NCBI GenBank assembly: GCA_004431415.1
Contig: QPMI01000131.1
Location: forward strand, 9,983 to 73,982
Direction: 5' to 3'
Length of the DNA: 64,000 nt
DNA from: Cyanophora paradoxa CCMP329
Taxonomy: Eukaryota > Plantae > Glaucophyta
Of this stretch, positions 34,401-48,000 are shown one piece after another. The position numbers were made by a program, and so were the translations under genes. Every line of letters begins with the position of its first letter. The stretch's first letter is position 1. The notes beneath the pieces were generated by a model that was given only the letters and a program-made list of their open reading frames with translations, did no database searches and was not told the origin of the DNA.

Positions 34401-35934
34401 GTGGCGCGTATGCCGCGCCAGAATTTCGCCCTTTTGCCTTTTGTATGCCGTGGCTGGCTGCAGCTGCAGCTGCAGCCTGCAGCTGGCCGTGTTCATGGAC
34501 GTGCACGTGCGCATGCGCTCTAGATCTTGTGTCGCAGTTTCGATCATATGAGGTCATCCAAAAACTCGCAATCCACAAGAAATTCGATTTTCCTATCGAT
34601 ATCATGGCAATGCCAGATATATACTTGCGCTCGCCCACCGCTCGTCTCAGGATGTGCAAGGTGGGGTCTAAATAATAGAGACAGCATCTAGCTATAGATC
34701 TGCAGCTAACGCTCGATCTCACTGCCGCGCTAGCGAATTCGAAACCGAAATGAAAAGAACGCGCACAACTCGTCTCAGGATGTGCAAGGTGGGGTCTAAA
34801 TAATAGAGACAGCATCTAGATCTAGATCTACAGCTAACGCTCGATCTCACAGCCGCGCTAGCGAATTCGAAACCGAAATGAAAAGAACGCGCACAACAAA
34901 TTAAAAAGCCTTGCGCGCTGCGCCGCCGCCCCCCGCGCCTTCGCACCGCCCTCCAGCCTCCGAGCCCTGCCGCCCGGCGGCCGCCCGCCGCGGCGCCGCG
35001 CCTCCCGGAGTCCGGCCCGTCCCGCCAAGCCGCGCCGCCGCCACCCTGGTAGGCGAGCTGCGCCGCCGCCCGCCGCGCCTCCGGATCCGCCCGCGCCGCC
35101 GCCAGCCGCGTCCAGGACTCCGCCCGGCCCGCAGCCGCCTGGTGTGCCACGGTGCCTTCGGATCCGCCCGGCCCCGCCGGCCTAGTCGAGCAGCTGCAGC
35201 CACTCGCTGCGCCGAGCGCACGCGTACGCTGCCCGGCGGCCGCAGTACTAGCCTAGTAGTGCGCCGGCGCGCGGCGCCGGCGGCTGCGCGCGGGCTGCGC
35301 TGCGCTGCGCGGCCGGGAGCTCGAGACTGCATCCAATATCGAGCTCGAGGGAGATCTAGACCATATATATATAGGGAAGTTCGAGGGAATAATATTCCGG
35401 CCATATCCGGCCGGTAGTGATTGATCGTGATCATGCATATGAGGCGAGATCGATCTATATATATAGCTAGATCTGGCCGGAGAGCACAAATATACATATC
35501 GAGCTAGAGAATTGCTTGCAATTGGATCGGAGATCCCTAGAGGGCGCCGGAATTAATATTCTGACGGAAGCGTAAGAGCTGCAGGAGACGGGACGTCGAT
35601 CGCGGCGCCGGCCGTGCCGCGCGTTAATCGCAGGCTCCGGATCCTGTTGTCCGATCTGCCGCTGCTATCGCGAGCTCAAGTTCAAGGTACGCAAGCATGC
35701 ATATGCGCATATACGCGCGCCATGCGCATCATTTGAATTCGCAGACCCCAATCGCAATCGCGCGATGTCGCAATCTGGACGTGTCGAAGTTTCGCGAGAG
35801 GACGGTGGCGAAGGGCTTGCCTCCGCCGCGCCGGCGCGCCAGACAGACATTCTGAGCCACAAAGACCAGGTGCGCAGGCATGTCGTGGCGCGTATGCCGC
35901 GCCAGAATTTCGCCCTTTTGCCTTTTGTATGCCG
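31482..35934. repeat. Near-identical 1485-bp tandem triplication; each unit contains an internal ~128-bp duplication
   Basis: Units start at 31482, 32967 and 34452. The ORF track repeats at a 1485 offset. Internal repeat at 31671-31798 / 31799-31926. Confidence 0.95.
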
Positions 35935-38348
35935 AACATTAAGTGAATATTTCGCCCTTGTGAAACCAGCCGGCGATTGTGGATATTTCAGTGGCGCGGG
36001 AGAACTTCATCATGAATCGCGAGGGCGGCGTCGACCTCGTGGTCCACCGCCGCCATCCGGACGGCTCTGTGAAAAGGACGAACATGTCCTCCCGCGAGGT
36101 GGAAAAGGTGCCGGGGAGTGCGCCGTGCGCGTTCGTTTTCTGAGGCCTCCATCTGCACGCAGGAAGATCCCTCTAAACTGATTGCGTTCTACGAGTCAAC
36201 TCTCCTCGCAGTCTTCAATCACACTACAAAAGCATTCCACTGTCCCGATCGATTGCAATTGGAATCCGCCCCCGACCTGCAGCTGCCGAAATCGATTCCG
36301 CGAAACCTGCCAGATGTCATCGTATGCAAAGTTTTCAGAGTGCTCGGACTCCAGGCGAGCTGGCCCCTGCGCGGCGTATGCAGGTCCGTGCGCGCCCATG
36401 GCCAAGTTAACGTTGCAATAAATTAATCCACGAAGCACATTGCGTGCATATCGAACTTCGGAAATTCAATCGCATATACATGCGCGCGCAGGTGGTTTCG
36501 GCGGCTGATTCAGGAGATGGAATGGGCGGAGGCGAGCCTCAAGCTGCGGGTCGATGTCGACGTAGACGTCGAGAGTTCGGATCCGGACGCGGGCGTGCTT
36601 AATTCCCTCGCTTGGCTCATCGAGGAGGGAAAGCTACTGCTCGGCAGCGGCGCCAGCGTCTCCATCAAACTGGAGCGCGCCTCTGATGACACGGTCATAG
36701 AAGTTTGGAACCTCCTCGCAGCGATCTCGCAGCCGCGAAAGGTCGATATCGAGGTGCTCTCAGGATCGTTCGACGTCGACGACGAAATCGACAAGAATTT
36801 CCTTCGCGACCTGGTGCTCGGAGTGCTGCGGGAGCTACAACCAGAGGAGGGGGCGGCCAGTCTCCTGGAGAGCCTCAGCATCTGCCTCGACGCCTTCAGC
36901 GACGCAGACGAGTGGAGGGACTGGCCGTCGGCCTCGGCGGACGAGCTGCGGGAGGCCCTCGCCCCCTTCGGCGCGCTCCGCTCGCTCGGCATCTTCTTCG
37001 AACAAGTCGGCGCCGCAGCGGTCATCGTCGCCGCCTGCCCCAACCTCCGTTCCATCCGGCTCCAGGCGAAGTCATCGGATGGGCCAGACGACACCGGCGA
37101 TGATTGGGACGAGTTGCTGCGCGGCGTGTCGGATATTCTGGCGGCCCTGGCGCCGCTGGCGTGCCTCGAGCACGTCACTCTTGAGTATCCTGACCACGAC
37201 ACCGACGAAGACGATCTCGATGACAGAGTTTGCGTCAGCGGCGGCCTCTGGAAGCTTGCGAAAGGCGCCGCTGGAAAGGCTATCAGGGACATCAGATTTG
37301 ATTTCGACACGTGGCTGTTCAGGTGCGTCTCAGACTCAGACATAATTTAACCATAAGCCAATCCCGTGGGTGCAGCGATGGCGAAACATTATCTGCACTA
37401 CAACATATGCCCAATCTCGAATCCATCGGAATATTGCAGCTGAAGGTGCGCCGTTTCCAAACAACAGAGCAATATATAGTTATATAAACTTTATCATCAT
37501 AATGCGCATGCGTACGTTTCATTCTCACGTTTGACGCTTTTCCGGGCTTGGCGCCTGGACAGGATTTCGAAACAATCGCTCCTGAAGACATCCTGGCCAT
37601 TGGACGCGCCACAAGCCTGCAGGATATCAAAATCGATTTGGAAAGCGATGTCGACGGCGACTCGCAGCTCCTGCAGCTGCGCATGCGTGTCCTCGCCGAG
37701 GCACTCGCCAGTCTGCCCGAATTGAAAAGCCTGAAACTAAATCTGATTGGTGGGTACATCTACATGTACATGTACAGCACCCGCGAAATCGCCCCGCGAC
37801 GACTCACCTGATCAATAATTGGATCCCAGGGTATCCAGCCGTATGCTCGGAGGGCGAGTTGAGCCTTCTCAAGAGCGCCGGCGTGCAGCGGGCCCTCACG
37901 CTCTTGTCACTCGAAATTGAAACGAAGGCCCTGTGCGCCGTTTCGAGGGCCCTGTCAAGCATGCCGCGCCTGCGCGTGCTTGACGTGGACGTCACGACCA
38001 TGAGTGAGCCCAATATTAATGCCCCCCGGCCCTGTACATTTATATGCAATCATTCCCTAGTTGCCAGGATGGGCTCGGTCGCGATATCGATCGCCCTAGG
38101 CCTCGCCGTCCCCATACGCGTGCTCCCTCGCAGGATTCGGCGCGGAACGAGACGAGATTGTCGCGTTTCTCGGCAGCGACGTCGCGCGTCGAACCCTTCT
38201 CAGTTTCTGCCTTGAGCTGGGCCGCCCGCTGGCAAAGGCGGAGGCCGAGGCGATCGCGGCGCTGCCGGCCCTCAAGCGCCTCAACCTCGTAGTCCTGAGC
38301 GACAAGCACCGACAACCGCGGTTCCCCCAGCGTCAACACCCGTACAAG
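35765..38348 (+). CDS. F-box-like / LRR protein, paralog 2 (multi-exon; last exons apparently missing)
   Basis: LPDVIVCKVFRVLGLQASWPLRGVCR, and a 277-aa core exon homologous to paralogs 1 and 3. Homology stops after ...PYK|gtgcgc. Confidence 0.65.
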
Positions 38349-38364
38349 GTGCGCATTTATATAA

Positions 38365-38400
38365 CTAGGGGCCCGGCCGCGTTTGGCGCGCCGGGGGTGC
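38365..38400 (-). mobile_element. Possible Helitron-like 3' terminus
   Basis: Minus strand reads as a GC-rich hairpin (cccgg-cgcg...cgcg-g-ccggg), then CCC-CTAG followed by T, at the point where paralog 2 homology ends. The hairpin-CTAG spacing is shorter than typical. Confidence 0.35.
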
Positions 38401-41167
38401 AAGGGGGGAATCGGGATCTAATGAAAGAGTAGTAGTGGCACGAACATGCACGGGGCAGATGTAGATCGACCCCGGCCCAGCGCGCGCGGCAGGTTGAATT
38501 AGTAAATTAAAGATAGACACAGAGCGGCATCTGGCCCGGCAAGGCTCGGAGCGACGATAGCTACCAGAAGCTGGATCCGTAACGACCGGAAAGCGGCGTG
38601 CAGCGGCGCGTCCGGAGGCAGTGCCCAGGCCGGGTAGCAGGCGGCGGGGGCGCACGCACGTGCACGCGGCCCGGCGGCGCAACACAGGGCTGCACGCGGC
38701 GTGCACGCAGGACACGAACTATAGCTAGTCTGCTGTCCGGGTGCCGATCGCAACAAGAGCGCCGAGCGCCCGGCCCGGCCGGCGTGCTCGGCCGGCACAC
38801 GCGGTTCTGCAATATAAGCTCGATATAAGCTCGATATAAGCGCAGCAAGAGAGTACGGTCTAGATCTGGCCGGCCGGGCGTGCTCGGCTGCGATCAGCTG
38901 CAGCGGCGCAGGCAGCAACGCAAGCAGTTTCTAGGCGGAAATCTAGAGGAGACGTTGACAGGTAGAGAGAAGTGGTTCCATGCAGAATTGCGCAACGAAG
39001 AGCAAGGCGTACGCGACGCACTGCGAGGAAGCCGAAATCTAGAGGAGACAGCTAGGGAGAACTGGTTCCATGCAGAACCGCGCAAGGAATTCGAAGACCG
39101 GAGTTAGAGAGAAGTTAGTTTTCCCCTCGAAAACCACTTTTCCCCCTCTAATTCGACGCTCGAAAGTCGAGAGCTGACCGGTCCACCGAGCCAATCCGAA
39201 CGCGAATAACCCGTCATTTTTTTCCGGTGTTGCAAACTGGACCTCGAAAACGGCCTCATAGAAAAGTTTTGGCTGAAGCGAGGGAACGGGAAGCAAGGGG
39301 GGGAAGACCTTCGGTCTTCTTTTCCCCCCTTGCAATTACATATGCATGCGATCGCGAGCTCGAGCCGGCCCGCTTCAGCTAATCACACGCATACGCCACG
39401 ATCGCGAGCTGACCGGTTAGCCGTAGGTGCTGCGGGACCGCCTCCGCCCCGAGGTCGACGTCGCACTTTGCGGGCCTCTCAGCGACACGATCGCGGCCCT
39501 GTTCGAGGGACGCCCCTCGACCGAGATCACACGCAAGTGAACCGCCAGTTCGGGTTCTTATAATTTAATTCTATAGCTAGATCTGCGCATGCAGCTGGCC
39601 CGTAGGTTGCAAAATTGTCGCATACATTCGACGTGCACGTGCTTGCAAAACCGTGCGCGTGCGAAATCCACGTGCCAGTGAACTCTAGCTCCATTGAACT
39701 GTCATTCAAATTTTGCGTGATTCGAATTCTAGATTTGCGGCCGAGTTAAACGTCTGGTCGATTTGGCTGGATAAAATAATGGGAAGCGATTGGCGAGAAA
39801 CTGAAGCGTTTAATACTAGCTAGTATGCATCTTGATGCTAGAATAAGGCTCAGTTTCGTGCGGATCCGGTACGAAATTTTCCTAGATGTATGGCCATACA
39901 AAGGCGACGAGGAAAAGGCCAGTTTCGCGGCGGGCTAGCCGAGCTAGCAGTGCGCCCGGCCGGCGTCTTATTGCTCCAGCGTTCGAGTCCCGGGAAGGGC
40001 AGTTGGGGGGAGCGGGGGGGCCTTGAGCTGCCTTCAGCTGCCTTGGGGCCGGGGCGCAGCGACCCCCGAGGCCAACTTCTGCACGGCGAGACATTGGCGC
40101 GAAACCAAAAATTTTCCTGCTCTATAGCTAGATTGCTCTAAACTGCACTTTTGACGTGCTCAGTTTCGCGCCAATCGTTCGCTGTGCTCCGCTAGAATTT
40201 CGGCTGGACATATATGGCGTTTTCGCAAACATTCGCGCAAGCGAACCGGACGTGCACGCGCTCGCGAACCTGTGCGCACGTGAAAATGCACGCGCGCAAT
40301 GCAAGCGCAATGAAGGTCGCGGCCATCAGCGCAATCAGCTGCACTCCAAGCGCAATGACGGTCGCGGCCATGAGGGGAGGGTGATCGAGGGCGACGCGGG
40401 AGGGGCGGGGGCGGGAGGCGCGCACTGCGCATATGGAGGGCCGGGCGGGCCTGGAGGGCGCGGGCGCGCTAGCTATCGATATCCGGATCTATCGATATCA
40501 GGCATATGGCATGCTCGTGCTCATATATATACATGGCATGCGCAGATCTATAGCTAGAGCTCGAGGGCGCGCCCCCATATGCATGGGCATGGAAAGATGG
40601 CGCGATTTACGAAATTGAGAAAACCCTCATGATCAAACTAGAAACGGGCTATATAGGTATAGGTTGCAAAATTAAAAAGGAGGCCTAATTAATTAACGGA
40701 GCTCGAGATCGATAGGGGACCAGCAAGAGATGTTGAGAGAATCTCGCAGAATTATTCTCTAGGCTCAAGCGGTCGACGTCGGCGAGGCGGGAAACAAGGC
40801 CTTAAGGTGCGCGTGTGTGCACGCGGGAATTGATGCGATACAGCGCTCGCCCTATATATATAAGCGTTGTAATCGCTCTTGCAGATCATTTTCTCCGATC
40901 CTCTCGTGCAAGCAAGAATTCGATTATTCCTTCATTTCGAGCGAGCCGCCGCGCGGGAAGCGAGCTCGAGGTGCGGGATTTAATGCGGTGCTCGCAACTC
41001 ATGCATCCGAATTCGAATCGAATTGCGTATATATACGTAGACCATCCTGTCATCTGTCATTTTGTTGCGAGGTGCGCGCTGGCCATGGCCGCCCGTTCTT
41101 CGGCGCGTAGGCGCGCGCAATGTTAAGCTCTCGATGGAGCAGCGAGCGATGTCGCATTCGAACGACC

Positions 41168-44100
41168 ATGGCCAGCGCACGGCGAAGCGAGCTCGAGCTC
41201 GGACCTCCGGGATCCGTTGATCATGATCATGAGGAGCCATGGCAAGCTGCAGGCGCACCGGCATCGGCTTTTGCTGCGGCAACCTTTGAGAATGCCGCGC
41301 CTGTGCCGGACGCCCGCGCGGTGGTCGTCAAAGCGAGTGACGTCGACCGCGGCGGCCGTGTCTCCGTCGCGAGCCAGACAGAAATTCTCAGCCAGGGAGA
41401 CCAGGTGCGCGCCGCGGCGCGTGTGCCACGCCTACAATTCACCCTAAATAAAATACTAATTCTTGCTTTCTGCTATAGCTAGAGAATACTCCTTTCTGAA
41501 TGCAGGCATGCATATGCGCACAGGATCTGTTGGAGCAGTCGGCAATTCTGGACATTTTAGCGGTGCAGGAGGACCTGAATCGCGAGGGCGGCATCGACCT
41601 CGTGGTCGATCGTCGCCATCCGGACGGCTCCGTTCGTAGGATCATCATGCGCTCACGGGACGTGGAAAAGGTGCTAAGGCAGCCAGCGCGCCCAAGGCAG
41701 CTGGCGCCGTCCGAAAATGCTGATCATAAGGCCGGCGCCTGCATTTGCGCGCAGGAGGATCCCTTCAAGCTAATTGCTTTCTACGAGTCCACCGATATTG
41801 CTGCCCCATCGCGATCGACGGCTCTGGATCTGCAAGACCTGGCTATAGGCGAATTCGACACACTGCCCGATGCCATTGTTGTCGACATTTTCAAAGTGCT
41901 CGGGCCGCGGGCGAGCTGGCCCTTGCGCGGCGTGAGCAGGTTTGCGGTCAATTAGATATCTGAACAAATTATAATTAATATTCATAAACAAATGCGCATA
42001 TTAATATTCATAAACAAATGCGCAACGAAATATTGATGCGCATGCGCATCGCTAGCACTCTTGTAGATTTTAGTTATAGCTCTCGGTCTATTCTAAAAGA
42101 ACATGCGATCGCAGGCGGTTTCGGCGGCTGATAGAGGAGACGGAGTGGGCGCCGGCGAGCCTAGAGGTTCTGATCGACAACGCGGCCGTGTGCGACGCCC
42201 TCGTTTGGCTCATCCAGGAGCAAAAGCTGCTGCTCGGCAGTGGCTCCAGCGTCTCTATCAGTCTGAAGCGCGCCTCTGAGCGCACGGTCGAGGAAGTGTG
42301 CGGCCTCCTCGAAGCGATATCGATCGGGCAGCCGCAAACAGTCGCCATCGAGGTTCTCACGAGAGCACTCATTAATGTCGACGTGGACAAGCATTTTCTT
42401 CGCTACCTGGTGCTCGGAGTGCTGCAGATGCTCCAACCGAAGGAGGGGGCTGCTAGTCGGCTAGAAAATCTCAGCATCTGCCTCGACACCAACAGCCAAG
42501 AAGGGGAGTGGAGGGACTGGCCGTCGGCATCGGCGGACGAGTTGGAGGAGGCTCTCGCCCCCTTCGGCACGCTTCACTCGCTCGGCATATTCTTCGGGCA
42601 AGTCGACGCTGCAGCGGTCATCGTCGCAGCCTGCCCAAATCTCCACAGCATCCGCCTCCAGCCGAAGACATCAGACGAAACCGAAGAAAATTGGGACGAG
42701 TTGCTGTGCGGCGCGTCGGATATACTGGCGGCCCTGGCGCCGCTCGCGTGCCTCGAGCACGCTGTGCTCGAGTATCCTGACGCACTCACTGACCGCATGC
42801 GTCTGGATAACGAAGAAGACCGAGTTCTCGTCAACAAGGGCCTCCGGAAGCTTGCAGACGGCGCCGCTGGGAAGACCCTCCGAAGCATCTATTTTTGTCT
42901 GTGCACATCTACACGGCCGTGGATGATCTGGCCATGGTGCGATCTGACTGCTAATCAAGAGCTGGAGTATTAATATTCGACCGACCGACATTGTTTTTCA
43001 ATTAATAATGAGAGAGATTGTCGGTCGACCGACTTGTTTTTCATTTCAGAGACTACGGCGGGGCGACCCCCCGTAGGTAATATTTTTGGCGTCACGGTGA
43101 TATATATGCAACTTTCCATTTATTAACAATGGCGTTAACGTTGCGTTTAAATTGACTTCGTATAAATTGGTTTCCAATTTTAAGCTGGTAGTGTTTGGGT
43201 GCAACTCGTGATATCGATCAGCCCATGTGCATGGACATATATATACATATATATAATAAATCCTTCTTTCATCTGGACACTTAAATTAATCTGATTGCAG
43301 TGATGGCGATACCTTTTCTATCCTGGAACGCATGCCAAACCTCGAATCTATTGGGAAACTCGAGCTGAAGGTGCGCCATATGCTCCACTAAAGATTGCAA
43401 AAACGTTTAGTTGCAATTGATATTCCTTCGCGTCCGGGATTCGGCCGCGGCCATGGCCAGTATCCCGAATGCATTCGGGCCCTTGGACGCGCCACGCACC
43501 TGCGGGAAATTGATATCGGCTTGTCAGTCAGCGGCGACCCGCTGCTGCCTCACGAGCAGCTGCCTGCTCTCGCGGAGGTATTCTCTAGCTATAGTATGCC
43601 CCGCTTGGAGATCTTGAGGATGGAACTGGACTGTACGCGCCCTTTGTTCAAAACAGCTCATCTAGATCTCTTTTTCATCCCGACCCAGGGCTGTCGCCGG
43701 GATACTCTAAACAAGTCGTGGACCTTCTCCAAAGCGCCGGCGTACAGCGGGCCCTGACGGAGTTGGCGCTTCGCATCGAACCGACGGCCCTGCGCGATTT
43801 TGCGGGGGCCATCTCCAGCATGCGGCGCTTAAAGTCGCTAAAGTTGGACGTGACGACTATGAGTGAGCTCGAGCCTGCGCGGCCTTTGCAATTGGACGCC
43901 CTATCTCGCATTGCTAACGTGCAGCCGAACGTGTCCTCATATACGTACTTGCAGTCCTTAGCCTGGACGTGGTCGAGTTTCTTCGCAGCGATGTCGCGCG
44001 TCGGGCCCTCACAGATTTCGTCCTTAACGTGGGCACACACCGCCCGCTCTCCGAGGCGGAGGCCGTAGCGATCGCGGAGCTGACGGCCCTAAAGTTCCTC

Positions 44101-44640
44101 ACAATCTCCGTCTCGGCCGTCTCGCCCTTCTTCCTCTCTCGCGGGCTTGTCCCCCAGCCGGTGCCCCCGTATGAGGTGCGAGCTCGAGCCGGCTCGCGTT
44201 TACTTCACGATATTCGGATCCGATCACATTCTTGGAGTGCTGATCATGGACCTCGCCCGGCCTTAATAACTAGATTCTGCGGGATGGTCTCCGCCCCGAC
44301 GTCGACGTCCTCATTGATGGCATTCTCGGCGGGAGCGTCGCGGGCCTCTTCCAGGGGCGCCCGCGGAGTTTGACCACAATCCGGGACAACTTCGAAATGC
44401 TTAAGGTCTGATCCGCCTCCAATCCGCCCATGCCACTCCCTTTCCTTCTTCAAATTGCTCTTCGCCTGCTGCCAACTTTTTCACCCTTGGACCTAATTTA
44501 TGTCCTGGGGCGCAGGCGAGGGAGAGGCAACAGGAAGCTGAGCGGGAAAGGCAGCTCGAGCGGCAGAGAGCGCAGGAAGCGGAACGGCAGCGGCAGATCG
44601 AGGCAAGATCCTGCCTCCGCCCATTCCCTCTCATCCTTCA
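41168..44640 (+). CDS. F-box-like / LRR protein, paralog 3 (multi-exon, approximate end)
   Basis: LPDAIVVDIFKVLGPRASWPLRGVSR|RFRRLIEE, the same exon order as paralogs 1 and 2, and an E/R/Q-rich C-terminal exon at ~44516. Confidence 0.65.
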
Positions 44641-45026
44641 AATTCATCTCCTTACACCTATATTGGCCTACCGCCTTTACTTTACCACCTTTAACTTCTT
44701 CACCTCGACCGAACGGGACATGATCATGAACTGATCGCTAGTGCTGTCTTGGAGCCGGAGCAGGTGAGGAGGCGGCGGCGGGCGGAGAGGCGCCAGGAGG
44801 AAGCAGCAAGGGCGGCGGCGAAGAGAGAGAAAAAAACCTCATGAAGGATGAAGAATCGATCGCGATAGCCGATAATTGCACAGTACTACCCATAGTTTGC
44901 GGACGCAATGCCTATAATTATAATTATAATTATGCAAGAAGCGAGGACACTCGTCGCCGCCGCGCCGCGGTCGGGGCGCCAGGGCGCGCGCGCGTGGCAG
45001 TAACGTCGACCGTCGGACGGTCGACG

Positions 45027-48000
45027 TCACTGGCGGAGGAAGAGGCGGCGGAGCTCGGGGATGTCGCGGCACTGCTGCGGGATCGTCGCCAGGAACTGCG
45101 CCCCCCAGGTCAGATGCAGCCCGAGCCCGAGCTTAAGCTGGAGGCTGGCGGGGCGGGGCGGGGGTGCGGGGGTGCGGGCCTGGTTGGCGCGGTCGGACTC
45201 GTCGGCGAGGCGGTCGACGAGGGCGCGGAAGAGAAAGAGGTAGGCGCCGGCCATGAGCGCGGCCACGGCGGCGAAGACGGCGCCGTTGAGGGCCTTGGCG
45301 AAGGCGGCGCGCGCCTCCCCGGCCTCCACGAAGGCCCGCACCCGCCGCCCCAGCTCCCCGTCCAGCTCCCCCCAGTGCCGCCCCATCCGCCCCACCGCCT
45401 CCTGCCCCCTGCGACCCGCGCCTCGCGTCAGCGGCCGTCCCGTGCACTTTCTACGCGGGCCGTCATGCGCAGGGCGCGGGGCGGACTGGAGGAGGGCGGC
45501 GGCGTTGTAGACGGGGTCGGGGCCGGCGGGGGCCAGCGGCTCCAGCTGCGCCAGCGCCCGCCGCGCCTGCGCATGCCCGCGCGCCCCGCGTGAGCGGAGC
45601 TGGGGGGCGGCGGGGCGGGCGGGGCGGGCGCGCGAGGAGGCCGAAGCCGGAGAGGAAGAGGTCGAGGCCGGCGCGGGGGCGAGGCCCTCGAGCTCGCCCG
45701 CGCCGCCGCCTCGCACAGCAGGCTCGAGCCCGCGCCCGAGGCGGCGCCCTCCCCTGCGCCCGCCCCGCAGCCGCGCTCGGCGTAGAGCACGGCCCACTGC
45801 CGGCGGCGCCCCGTGAGGCGCGAGGGCGGGCGGAGGCGGGCCGGAGGGCGGGGCGGCGGGCCTGGACGGAGGCGTCGCTGTCGGCCGGCTCGAGGCGGAG
45901 GCTCGCGTTGCCGAACTTCAGCGCGCGGTGCAGGCCTGCGCATATGCATGCCGCCCCCGCCCCCGCGGTTAGATGCGCGGCGCGCTGGCCATGGGGCGGG
46001 GCGGGAGGGGCGGGGACCCTCGAGGGCGGCGAGGTTGGAGGCGAGGGCGGCGGCGAGGGCGGGGAAGGGGGCGACGGCGCCGTCGTTGACAGCCGCCTCG
46101 CGCGCGTAGTCGACCGTCCGCGCCAGCAGCAGCCGCAGCCGCGCCGCGTGCAGCACCTGCCGCCCCGCCTCAGCTGCAGACCGGCCCGCCTGCAGCTGGA
46201 GGCGCGGGGGCGGGCCTGGTGCTGGAGGAGCCGGGTGGCGGCGACGGTGTCGGCGGTGAAGTAGGCCCCCACGGCGACCAGCGCCACGATCACCCCCACC
46301 ACTGCCGCCCCTCAGCGGCCCCGCCGGGGGCGTCGTCGGGCGGGGACCGGATCCGGACGGGGCGGAGGCGGACCGGCGAAGAAGCGGCGGACGAGGCTGC
46401 GGAAGACGAGGTCGAGGGCGCCCGCCTCGGCCCCCCGCTCCCGCTCCCGCGCCCGCTCCCTGCGCACGCGATCGGAGGGGGCGGGGCGCGGGGGCTGGAG
46501 CCGGTGCACTGCGCGTCGGCCTCCTCCTCGCCGGGGCCCCGCCGGCGCCGCGCGCCTCCCGCTCGCGCCCGTGGCCCTTGCCCTCCTCGGAGCCCTCCTC
46601 GCGCTCGCGCTCGCCGCGGGGGCTCGAGCCCCCCCCGGCGTCGAGCTCCATCACGAGCGGCCTCTCGCGCTCCTCCCCGCTCGAGCTGCCGCCGCCCTTC
46701 GACTTCCCCGCCTTGGCCGCCGTGCGGGGGCGCGCGGGGTGGCGGCGGCGGGCGGTGGTGCCCCCCAGGGCCAGGCTCGGCCCCGCGAGCTTCAGGAAGC
46801 CCTCCTCGCCCCACGCCGCCGTCCTTGGCCTCCCCTCCTCCCGCCCCGCCGTTGGCGCCGGTGGCAGCTGCCGCCGCGGCGGAGGGGGCGTGGGGCCGCT
46901 GGGCTTTGAGCGGGCGCTGCCTGCCGTCTGCGGCCGGAGGCTGAGGCTCACGCGCCGGCCCGTCCGCTCCCCGCGCCCGCCGGCGGCGGCGGGGCCCGGG
47001 GGCGGGGAGGGGGAGGCGACGGCGCCGGGAGGGCGGCCCCTCTCAAGGGCGTCCCGCAGCCGACGCGGCCTCGAGCTCTGCCGCGGCGACGGCGGCTGCG
47101 GCTGCGGCCTCGGGGCGGGGCGCGGCCCTGCTAGCGGGGCGGGAGGCGGCGGAGGCGACGCTGCCGCGGCGGCGGCGCGGGGCGGAGGGGGAGGCCTCCT
47201 CCCAGAAGCCCTCGCGGCGGGAGGCGGGCCCGCCCTGGGAGGCGGCGGAGGCGAGGGAGCCCTTGCGGCGGCGGCGCGCGTCGCGGTCGGCGAGGCGGAA
47301 GGAGCGCGAGGCGGCGCGGGCGGCCGCGCCCCCGAGCAGCTCCGCCAGCGCCATGTCCTCCAGCGCCCGCCGCGGGCCGGCGGCCCCCGCCCCCGCCCCC
47401 GCCCTCGCCCCGTTCCTGAAGCTGCCTGCGAGGCCGAGGCCCACCGCGAGCCGCCGGGCCGACACCTCGCGCCGCCCCGTCTCGAGCGGGCCCGCCCGAG
47501 GGGCTCCCCCGCCCCGCCCGACCCTCTACGCTCGCCCGCCGCGGCTGCCGCGCCTCGAACGCCGCGAGCACCGCCGCCGCCTCCGCCCGCCGCTGCCGCC
47601 CCGACCCGCCCCGTCCTCACATGCTTTTCGCAGGCCAAGGGGTGGGGCGCGCGGGGCGAAGCGGGCGCACGGCATCGTCGGCGGTGGCGTGGGCGACGGC
47701 CTCGGCGACGGCGGCGGCGAGGGTGCGGGCGTCGGCAAGGGCCCGCGAGTGCGCCGCGAAGGCCCCCAGGCGGTCCTCCGCGAACGCCTGTACCCCGATC
47801 CGCCCCGCCTCGTCGCCCGTGCACGTCTCGGGGCCGCTTAGGGCGCGCCGGGAGGTGCGAAACACGCACCCAGGCGGAGGCGTCGGCGGGGGCCGGCGCG
47901 GGGCTCTCGTCGAGAGCGGCGAGAAGGGCGGGGGAGAGGCGGAGGAGGCGCGGCGAGGAGCGGGAGCGGTGCAGCGAGCTCGAGGCGGCGCGCGCCCCGG

